Shown here piece after piece: positions 56,162 to 64,000 of a stretch of DNA of 64,000 nucleotides. A model generated the notes under the pieces. It worked only from the letters and a program-made list of their open reading frames with translations, ran no database searches and had not been told where the DNA came from. The stretch is from an uncultured delta proteobacterium (GTDB taxonomy: Bacteria; Desulfobacterota; Desulfomonilia; Desulfomonilales; Desulfomonilaceae). The stretch spans positions 2,016,001 through 2,080,000 of the forward strand of contig CAWBKB010000001.1 of the NCBI GenBank assembly GCA_963789265.1, written 5' to 3'. The stretch's first letter is position 1. Every line of letters starts with the position of its first letter. A program made the position numbers and the translations under genes.

Positions 56162-56902
56162 TCAAGGCAGCTTTTTTTCGGGGCATTTCATGATGTGAAT
56201 AGTATCAAAGAAAATCCTTACATTTTCTCCGAATTTATCAATATTGTTGGGACGATCACCTTTGCCATCCTTGGCAATAACTCTATATTCCCACACACCA
56301 GAGGCATCAGAGTAGAAAGGGACCTCAAATTTCTGCCATTTATCTTGGGCGAGCTCATTGGCACGCACATAGCGAATCGCTACTCTGCGATGGACTGGTC
56401 GCAGGTCTATTAAACCCTCGTCTTTTATTTGATTCACATCTAATGTGAGAAGTACCAAGTGCTGCCGGAGATGTTCCGGTTTAGGGATTCCCATAGCCCT
56501 AATCTTGAAAACTGCGAAATAAGAGCCTGGCATCGGGAAATCAGTAGAATAAGGCCCGTAGATAACCGACTTAATGGGCTGTTCAACTTTAATACCTGCC
56601 TCTTCTTTAGTCCACTCCCAAATCGGATTCTTTGCTCCGAGATTTTTGTACGCTGCCTCTTCTGCAATACGATGACCATGATGGTGCATTAACTGCCCCT
56701 TTTCTTCATCCTCTTGACCCTGGTTGGCCTCGTTTGCACACAAATAGGTTCGAATAAGTTTTGGTCTGGCCAAAAAGTATCTTGCTAAAGTAATAATCAC
56801 GTACGCCACGCTACCGCCGACTACACCGGCAAAGCCCTTCCAAAAAATTTGCGACAAAGCATCCATTTTTTTCACTCCAGAACTCTTCCGAAAACAAAAC
56901 AC
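56162..56902 (-). CDS. Hypothetical protein (N-terminal TM; start may be 56866)
   Basis: Long AT-richer ORF; IYGPY motif and a beta-rich domain. Confidence 0.6.
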   Translation of the reverse strand: MFCFRKSSGVKKMDALSQIFWKGFAGVVGGSVAYVIITLARYFLARPKLIRTYLCANEANQGQEDEEKGQLMHHHGHRIAEEAAYKNLGAKNPIWEWTKEEAGIKVEQPIKSVIYGPYSTDFPMPGSYFAVFKIRAMGIPKPEHLRQHLVLLTLDVNQIKDEGLIDLRPVHRRVAIRYVRANELAQDKWQKFEVPFYSDASGVWEYRVIAKDGKGDRPNNIDKFGENVRIFFDTIHIMKCPEKKLP

Positions 56903-57380
56903 GGCCGTGCCATAACAAGTTTCTCCGTTATGTGTAGCATACCAAGAGCTATATGCGTGAGATTTAGTTCTTTTTGGCCATTCTTTCGCATAACTTTGGG
57001 TAAGACAATATTGCCTGTCTGATCAAATGATCGGCGGGGGGGACAGTGATGGCGAAATGCGGAGAGCTGCCCTAGCGGTCGCCGCGGTCATGTCGACTGT
57101 CCGGGGGCTTTTGGGGATCAAAATACCAGCGCGACAGGGCCACCTTTTCAGGACGAGAACTCTCAAACCTCGCATCAAAGGGGACAAATGGCATTTTTGT
57201 GATAGGCCGCGCGATGGGCCTTTTGTTTTTAGCTCAGGTGCATCAGCGTGTAGTTCTGTGCCACATGATGACATAATATCAAGTACTTACATGGATCGGT
57301 TTAAACAAGGCCAAAAAGAACACGGTAAAACAGAAGGCCATCCCCATTTTTTCCAAGTGGCCTTCATGATTGGTTTTTTG

Positions 57381-57457
<77 letters not shown>

Positions 57458-57591
57458 AAGGAATCTGCATTGTTAAACGGCGAAATTGCCATGACCGCGA
57501 CGGTTGCCTCGCCACAAATTTGTACAAATTCGGCGGAATGAATTAAACTTCCGCAGCACCTCGAAGTCGTTGTGCAACTTCTCATCCTTGG

Positions 57592-57668
57592 TGGGGAGAG
57601 TGGTGGGACTCGAACCCACGGCCTCAGGGGCCACAACCCTGTGCTCTGCCAACTGAGCTACACCCTCC
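57592..57668 (-). tRNA. tRNA-His(GTG)
   Basis: G-1, GAGGGTG/CACTCTC stem, TT GTG GC loop, C73, CCA. Confidence 0.95.
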
Positions 57669-57761
57669 ACAAAGCTTAAAATTACAGGCTTCGATGCTCG
57701 AAGTCAACTTATCATCTCCATAGACCCGGGTACCAGCGCAGCGGAATCCCAACGCACCGGT

Positions 57762-58802
57762 CTACCTCGACCGGCGGTTGCCGGGAAAGGTTGAGCCTTC
57801 CTTCGCGGCCGTCTTGAGCTTAACGGTCAGCCCCCTGATTCTATTTACCACAAGTACCCGCAACTCAGGTCGAGGGTGATGACCGAGCGCACTCTGGTAC
57901 AACCGGATTGCTCGTTCAAGCTCGTTGGCATTTTCCAGCACCAGAGCCAGATAGTAAAGAGCTTCCGGATCGCCGGGGTCGCACTTTACGGCCTGTTCGA
58001 AATCTTCCCGGCCCTGTTCTCTGTTGCCCATTTGTTCATTCGTAAGTCCCTTTTGAACAAAACCTCCCCTGAACGAAGGTGAAATACGAACCGTTGCCTC
58101 GAAGTCGGTCAAGGCCCCTTTTAAGTTCCCGTTATTCCTGCGGAGTAGTCCTCTCCTGTAATAAGCCTGAAACATAGCGGGGTCCAAGCTGATGGCTCGT
58201 GAGTACAGGGCTTCGGCGCCTTGAACGTCAGCCGTCCTTGCTCGACGATTCGCAAGATGCCAGCAGCCCACAGCAAACGAGGTCAACGGCCGCAGGCGAG
58301 TCTTGAGCAAGGCGATCCAAACGGCCAGATTCTCTTTCCATTCGGGCCGCGGATCCGATTTCAGAGCATCGCGATAAAGCGCAATTGCCTCGGAGATATG
58401 TTCCCCGCCGCGCTCGTAGATTCCTGCCAGGTTTTCTAATGCCCGATAATTCTCGTGATCGATTTCGAGGACTTTCTTATAGTCTTCTACAGCCTTGCCG
58501 GGCTGGTTTATCATCTCGTATGCCATTCCCCTTCCCTGCAAGGCCGGAACTTGCCGGGAAGCGTCCTTCGCTTCCTCGGTATACAATTTGACGGCGTCCC
58601 GGTAACTGCCCCGATTATAGGCTTGATCAGCCGGGCTAACAACAGACACCGGACTCCAGGGCAACTCAGGGATGAGTCGGTCTGCCGCGCTTGCAATAAG
58701 CGAGCAAGCAGTCACGACAAGGACAACCGCGAGCACACGCCTAAAGATGTTCCAAAGACACCGGTAAGAATTTTGGACAGATACGCTCATAGGCTTGCCC
58801 AC
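57762..58802 (-). CDS. Tetratricopeptide-repeat protein, probably exported
   Basis: Signal/TM segment followed by multiple TPR motifs (A...RG.AY, ALYYLA). Confidence 0.85.
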   Translation of the reverse strand: MGKPMSVSVQNSYRCLWNIFRRVLAVVLVVTACSLIASAADRLIPELPWSPVSVVSPADQAYNRGSYRDAVKLYTEEAKDASRQVPALQGRGMAYEMINQPGKAVEDYKKVLEIDHENYRALENLAGIYERGGEHISEAIALYRDALKSDPRPEWKENLAVWIALLKTRLRPLTSFAVGCWHLANRRARTADVQGAEALYSRAISLDPAMFQAYYRRGLLRRNNGNLKGALTDFEATVRISPSFRGGFVQKGLTNEQMGNREQGREDFEQAVKCDPGDPEALYYLALVLENANELERAIRLYQSALGHHPRPELRVLVVNRIRGLTVKLKTAAKEGSTFPGNRRSR

Positions 58803-59273
58803 GAATCTATTGCCGGGGTGCCATGACAGTCACTGGGCTCTGAAGCACCGGTCCACTTTCTGTCGCCCCGATGAGGCTCAAACGGCCGGCGTCCCGGAGG
58901 GATTTTAGATAGTGGACCGGTCCTGCGCAGAATGCGGGATTGCCGGGAGACTTCTTTTAAAGGATAATTCTTGATTTGCTCTCCTGAATCGAATGCTTGC
59001 TCCAGGCTAACGTTGTTCATGGACGCGTTCAACGATATGTGATAGATAGGGCTTCGATGTGGCTCCGGTACGTGCTCGCACCAGAGATTCTTATCAGCAA
59101 TCGTGCGGAAACGGAAGAGCAGTTTTCAGAAACCGCAGGAATCTAAATGCTGTGCCGGGTCGGCCGCGTGTGCGGAGCGTACGGAGGTCTCATACGAATG
59201 CGCCGTCAAAGATGTGACAATCCTGACAGGATACGGTTGGGCAGTCCTGCGTTTCGCGCGGTACTGGATCACC

Positions 59274-59402
59274 CCTACATTTCCCCGCGTAGGCGGACTT
59301 GACGATGGCGGGCAAGATGCCCACCCCCTGGGGGCTACGGTTCCTCGCGTAGGCGGACGTGACGACAACGCACGTAGGGGCGGGTTTGAAACCCGCCCCT
59401 AC
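59274..59402. repeat. REP-like cluster
   Basis: Direct repeat CGCGTAGGCGGAC.TGACGA x2; hairpin GTAGGGGCGGGTTTGAAACCCGCCCCTAC. Confidence 0.65.
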
Positions 59403-59438
59403 TCGGTGTCACTTGCATGAAAGCGAATCGGTCTCACA

Positions 59439-60104
59439 ATGCCGAACAGACAGACTCACGAGACAAAAAAACCGACCGTAATGGTGCCTGACAGCGACCG
59501 GGGAAGGCATAGTGGTTGCTGTTTCATGCTCTTGATCCTTGCTTTGCTCGCACCCGCGATCTCATCAATCGCGGAACCGGTTCAACTGCCTGTCCCAAAG
59601 CACGCCGAATACCGGATCGCGATTCATTGTGCGCTGAATGTCTTACAACTGTGGCGTAATGACCAACTGGTCATAGAATATCCTATCGAAATCGGTAAAG
59701 GAGGGACGGGAAAGCGCAGAAACGGAGATCATCGTACCCCCGTGGGAGATTATGAGATCTCGTGGATGGCTTCTCGGGACAGTGCCGGAGGCCACAAAAT
59801 AATGGACCGTAGAAGTTGGTGCAAAGAAGACTGTTTTAGTGACGCGCCAACGGGCCCTCCTCTTGAAAAACTGTGGACAGATCCATACGGGGGAGACGAG
59901 GCCACGGTTATCAGCATTAATTATCCCAATGTGAAAGACAGACAGAGAGGCTTCACCGGCGACTGCATCCATATCCATGCCAACAAAAAGGCGAGAGATG
60001 GCATCATGGCCAAGTCTTACGGATGCATCCACATGTACCCGAAAGATGCAAAAGAACTGTACGAAATGGTGGAAGTCGGGACGCCGGTCAAGATTCTGCC
60101 TTGA
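59439..60104 (+). CDS. L,D-transpeptidase (YkuD family)
   Basis: GDHRTPVG.Y, INYPN, IHIH...SYGCIHM, VGTPVKI. Confidence 0.88.
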   Translation: MPNRQTHETKKPTVMVPDSDRGRHSGCCFMLLILALLAPAISSIAEPVQLPVPKHAEYRIAIHCALNVLQLWRNDQLVIEYPIEIGKGGTGKRRNGDHRTPVGDYEISWMASRDSAGGHKIMDRRSWCKEDCFSDAPTGPPLEKLWTDPYGGDEATVISINYPNVKDRQRGFTGDCIHIHANKKARDGIMAKSYGCIHMYPKDAKELYEMVEVGTPVKILP

Positions 60105-60137
60105 ACCATCGCCGAAGACGGTGGTAGGCCAGCATGT

Positions 60138-61568
60138 TCACTTCTGGTGAGGGGCTTTCATAAACAGATATTCGCCTACATAGGTGATACCGCGCGTGAA
60201 GCGTTTCGCGTCCTGGAGATCGGTCAAAGCTGCACGCATCTGCCGGAAAATTGTCGACGGCCTTAAATAGTAAGATTTCCACGCTTTGTGAGCGAAAATG
60301 TTTATCTCGTCTCCGGAGAGGCCAGGATAGTCATATCTCGCGGTCAAATGTCCTGAAGAAGTAATGCCGACTCCGTCCCTGAGGTAGCCCTCCTCGCGAA
60401 GGTACGAGTTGAACCTGGTGCCCTCATAGGCTGACGCTATGGCAAATTGGGCCGTGTCGGGACTAAGTTTTAAAGCATAGTGCAGTGTCTCGGACATGGT
60501 CTCTGCGGTTTCACCAGGCAAGCCAAACACGAAGCATCCGTGAACCCGCAATCCAAGGCGTCGGCATTCCTTCATGAATTCGTACGCCTGCCTTGTGTTC
60601 GCACCTTTATGTACCGTCCTTAGAATGTCGTCGCTTCCCGACTCAAAACCCACCACAAGGTTGCGAACCCCCGCTGCTTTCATCTTCGCGAGAATTTCCC
60701 CCGGCAACTCGTAGCGGCTACAGCATGACCAGGTGATGTCTTTGCCGCGCAGAGCATCGCACAATTCCAAAACTCTCTCCCGGTCGCACGTGAAAGTGTC
60801 GTCCTCAATCTGGATCTCTTTGATCTGCGGGAGGGTATTATGAATCCAGATCATCTCGTCGGCAACGTCACTTATGTTTCGGGTTCGATACCGGTGGCCG
60901 GTAAACGCCTGAGGCCACAAGCAATATGTGCAGTGGCTGGGACAGCCTCGGCCCGAAAAGATGGAAATGTAAGGATAGTTCAGATAAGGGATCCAGTAGC
61001 GCAGCAACGGGAGATCGCGTCGTATTATTCGGGAGACCCACGGGAGCGAATCCAGATCTTCGAACTTGGGTCTGTCAGGGTTGGTTACGATCTCCTCGCC
61101 GTCCTTCCAAGTAAGCCCTTTGATCTCTGAAATGGGACGATTGCAGCACAGGTCTCGAAGGGGTTCTTCGACTTCACCCCGTATGGCAGCGGCAATTCCC
61201 GGAGCGGAGACAACCTTTTCAGGGACTACTGTGGCATAAGGACCGGCGAACATTACGAGCGAATGCCTTCGAGCTTCAGAAAGAAGCCGGGCAGTCTCCT
61301 GGTCATAGCCGATGGTTTCTTGATTACCGTAAAAGACATATATATCGTATTCGGGGACTGTGCGTAGAAACTCATCCCGCGTCAGACCTTCGACATTGCA
61401 ATCCAAGGCACGAGCGGTTGGGACGGCACCCGCTGCGTAACAGATCCACAATGGAATCCAATGACTGGCCATGCTTCCTTCAGCATTGTACGTAGCTTGG
61501 TACCGACCGCCTGCGCAGGAATCCATGCTGGGGATATTGGGAGGAACGAGAATCAGCGCGCTTTTCAT
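60138..61568 (-). CDS. B12-binding radical SAM protein (HpnJ-like)
   Basis: AGGRYQA, GRGCPSHCTYCLWPQ, DDTFT, GFESG, GLPGET. Confidence 0.82.
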   Translation of the reverse strand: MKSALILVPPNIPSMDSCAGGRYQATYNAEGSMASHWIPLWICYAAGAVPTARALDCNVEGLTRDEFLRTVPEYDIYVFYGNQETIGYDQETARLLSEARRHSLVMFAGPYATVVPEKVVSAPGIAAAIRGEVEEPLRDLCCNRPISEIKGLTWKDGEEIVTNPDRPKFEDLDSLPWVSRIIRRDLPLLRYWIPYLNYPYISIFSGRGCPSHCTYCLWPQAFTGHRYRTRNISDVADEMIWIHNTLPQIKEIQIEDDTFTCDRERVLELCDALRGKDITWSCCSRYELPGEILAKMKAAGVRNLVVGFESGSDDILRTVHKGANTRQAYEFMKECRRLGLRVHGCFVFGLPGETAETMSETLHYALKLSPDTAQFAIASAYEGTRFNSYLREEGYLRDGVGITSSGHLTARYDYPGLSGDEINIFAHKAWKSYYLRPSTIFRQMRAALTDLQDAKRFTRGITYVGEYLFMKAPHQK

Positions 61569-61580
61569 GGAACCGCAATC

Positions 61581-62660
61581 TTAGTTATCAAAGTTCTCTT
61601 TAATTGCTTCAGTTTGAAAATGAATAGCAAGAGGATCGATGAGTTCGTCAAGTTTTCCTGCCATTATGCTTTCCAATTTGTAAAGAGTCAAACCGACGCG
61701 GTGGTCCGTCACGCGATTTTGAGGAAAGTTGTACGTCCGTATCCTCTCCGAGCGATCTCCGGAGCCTACTTGGCTTTTGCGCTCCTTACTGATCTCGGAT
61801 CGGCGTTCGGCTTCCATCCTGTCGAGCAGACGTGCCTTGAGAATCTTCAAAGCCTTGGCCTTGTTCTTATGCTGAGATTTCTCGTCCTGGCAGGTGACCA
61901 CGAGATTGGTCGGCAAATGGGTCACGCGCACAGCGGAGTCGGTGGTGTTGACACTCTGACCGCCGGGACCGGAAGATCTGTACACATCTATCTTGAGGTC
62001 CTTGGGGTCTATTTCCACTTCGAGGTCATCGGCCTCGGGGAGCACGGCTACTGTTACGGCAGACGTGTGTATCCTGCCCTGGGACTCGGTTGTGGGCACC
62101 CGTTGTACTCTGTGCACACCACTTTCGTACTTGAGACGGGAATAGGCCCCATGTCCATGCACCAGCGCTATCACCTCTTTAATTCCTCCGGCAGCGGCTG
62201 AGGACAAGGACATCATTTCAACTTTCCATCCTCTCAGCTCCGCATACCGGCAATATGCTCTGAAGAGATCCCCTGCAAACAGAGCCGCCTCTTCGCCCCC
62301 TGTTCCGGCCCTTATTTCGAGGAACGTGTTTCTGGAATCATTGGGATCCTTTGGTAGAAGAAGCACACTGAGTTGCTTCTCGATCTCGGCTTGCCGCTCT
62401 TTTAGGGCCGGAAGGTCTTCGCGTGCCATCTCCACGAGTTCAGGATCTTCTTGCGCTGATATAATCCCCTCCAGCTCCTCAATTTCGCGCACTACCCCTG
62501 TCAGTCCCCGATAGGCCTTGATAATATCATCAAGGTCGGCCTGCTCTTTTGCGGCCTTCTTAAGCTTATTGGGATCCGAGATGGTTTCCGGACGCGACAA
62601 CTCGCTGCTGAGCTCTTCGTACCGCCGGCTCAATTCTTCTAGTTTATATATTACCTGCAT
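61581..62660 (-). CDS. prfA: Peptide chain release factor 1
   Basis: [15 protein letters not shown] (PxT), [12 protein letters not shown]. Confidence 0.96.
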   Translation of the reverse strand: MQVIYKLEELSRRYEELSSELSRPETISDPNKLKKAAKEQADLDDIIKAYRGLTGVVREIEELEGIISAQEDPELVEMAREDLPALKERQAEIEKQLSVLLLPKDPNDSRNTFLEIRAGTGGEEAALFAGDLFRAYCRYAELRGWKVEMMSLSSAAAGGIKEVIALVHGHGAYSRLKYESGVHRVQRVPTTESQGRIHTSAVTVAVLPEADDLEVEIDPKDLKIDVYRSSGPGGQSVNTTDSAVRVTHLPTNLVVTCQDEKSQHKNKAKALKILKARLLDRMEAERRSEISKERKSQVGSGDRSERIRTYNFPQNRVTDHRVGLTLYKLESIMAGKLDELIDPLAIHFQTEAIKENFDN

Positions 62661-62669
62661 TCACTGGAA

Positions 62670-63638
62670 TCAGGCAGGGAACTCACCCCTGGCCCGTAGC
62701 TCCTCTTTTTCCAAAGTAGTCTTCAGCGCTATCAGCGCCACTTCAATCTGATCGTCGTCGGGCTCCCGCGTTGTAAGTTTTTGTAGCCATAGTCCCGGCA
62801 GAAGCAATAAGTTCAACAACGGATTGTTCAGCCGTTCTCCTAGACGTATGATCTCATAAGAACACCCGGCTATAGGGAGCAGGAGAACTATTTTAACAAG
62901 TATAAAGAAAATGTTGGTTGAGATCTTGTTCCCCATAATGTCTTTCGGCAGCAGGGGAAATACTGCTGAGAACAGAAAAATGCTAAAAACCAGTACCAGC
63001 AAAAGAAACGCAGTGCCACAACGGGCATGAAGCGTAGGATACTTCCACGCGTTTTCCACGGTCAATTCTTCACCTTTTTCATACGTGTGAATCGACTTGT
63101 GCTCAGCACCGTGATATTCGAAAACTCGCCGAATTTCTTTGAGCAATGAGATCAGCACTATATACCCGACAAAGATGCTGACCTTTATGACACCGTCGAT
63201 TATGTGAAACCATACGCTCCGCACCCCGATATCGGTTCCCGCAAGAGCGCCTATTCCCAGGGTCGCGAGATGCGGTATCACCACGAACAGGATGACGGCC
63301 GAGCCAAGGGCAAATGCAATGGTCCCGCCCAGCGCCCATGGTCCGAGCTTCTCTTCTTCCTCTCCCAATGCCTCTTGGGCGGAGTAAGTCAGTGCCTGAA
63401 TCCCGTTAAAGAGGGCCTCGTAGAGTACGATGCATCCGCGCAAGAATGGTTTCTTAAGAATGGGCCATCTCTCCATAGGGGAGTGCCATCGATCTTCGCG
63501 AACCGCCAGTTCTCCGTCCGGTCTCCGCACCACAACTGTGAAGGTCTTGGGGGCCCGCATCATGATGCCTTCGATTACAGCTTGGCCGCCAACTTTGATC
63601 TGATTGCTGTCAGTTCCTGAATTATTGCTGATTAACAT
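62670..63638 (-). CDS. DUF1385-family membrane protein
   Basis: GGQAVIEGIMM, YHGAEHK, H.RCGT.F, LQKLTTREP. Confidence 0.9.
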   Translation of the reverse strand: MLISNNSGTDSNQIKVGGQAVIEGIMMRAPKTFTVVVRRPDGELAVREDRWHSPMERWPILKKPFLRGCIVLYEALFNGIQALTYSAQEALGEEEEKLGPWALGGTIAFALGSAVILFVVIPHLATLGIGALAGTDIGVRSVWFHIIDGVIKVSIFVGYIVLISLLKEIRRVFEYHGAEHKSIHTYEKGEELTVENAWKYPTLHARCGTAFLLLVLVFSIFLFSAVFPLLPKDIMGNKISTNIFFILVKIVLLLPIAGCSYEIIRLGERLNNPLLNLLLLPGLWLQKLTTREPDDDQIEVALIALKTTLEKEELRARGEFPA

Positions 63639-63754
63639 GAAGCTCCATTGTGCCTATTCCATAGGTTGGGACTGTGGATTATGCTTGTCAGGCGGAACCT
63701 ATAAATCCATTTCCCCACCCGCGACGGCCGACTGTCCGGTCCGCTCCCAGGCGT

Positions 63755-64000
63755 TTACTTCTTAGCAGATGCGGCTTTTTCCTTGGTCTTTTCTTTTGCC
63801 TTTGGCTTTGATTTCGCCGCGATGGTAGCCTTGGCCGCAGTCTCCGCTTTCTTGCGTACCTTAGCGGGCTTCTGGCCGGTGGCGATCGGTTTGTCTCCGT
63901 ATTTCTTCATGAAGCGCTCGACACGTCCGGCGCTGTCCACCAGTTTTTGTTTGCCGGTGAAGAAAGGGTGGCACGAGGAGCATATTTCCAGCTTGTATTC
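63755..64000 (-). CDS. rpmE: 50S ribosomal protein L31 (5' end outside window) with Lys/Ala-rich tail
   Basis: [26 protein letters not shown]. Confidence 0.93.
   Translation of the reverse strand, partial: EYKLEICSSCHPFFTGKQKLVDSAGRVERFMKKYGDKPIATGQKPAKVRKKAETAAKATIAAKSKPKAKEKTKEKAASAKK

Noticed and set aside
54281..56902. Integron cassette array
   Set aside because: No convincing attC (RYYYAAC...GTTRRRY with L boxes) and no intI.
57589..57594. Genomic CCACCA at the tRNA-His 3' end
   Set aside because: Most likely trailer sequence removed by normal processing.

Overview
Bacterial chromosomal window, probably from a Desulfobacterota/deltaproteobacterium (inferred from gene content only). 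In order it holds: (i) a nitrogen-assimilation cluster (NifA-like sigma54 activator, three amt-glnK pairs, glnA, nadE) with sigma54 promoters; (ii) a stressosome rsbRST-X module with a PAS histidine kinase; (iii) a legionaminic-acid-type nonulosonate cluster with an acetamidino-modification trio; (iv) a ~15.2 kb phage-satellite-like element in tRNA-Met, bounded by a 30-bp att repeat (33039-33068 / 48190-48219); (v) housekeeping genes (rsmD, coaD, aminotransferase, surE, rnc, sfsA); (vi) a small islet next to tRNA-Arg/tRNA-His; (vii) rpmE-DUF1385-prfA-radical SAM. The satellite-like element is the most unusual part. It has mirror-image GGTCCAC arrays at its two ends that would be joined only on excision, five or six sigma54 -24/-12 sites in 165 bp, three phased DnaA boxes, a lone tail-spike gene plus a possible capsid-decoration gene (no capsid, portal or terminase recognised), and a protein of five RHH-like repeats. 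About 17 genes or sites show single-base frameshifts, probably long-read errors. Eight of them fall at or beside AGAAC/GTTCT, which hints at a DNA modification. All protein calls are from motif recognition by eye; no database searches were run.
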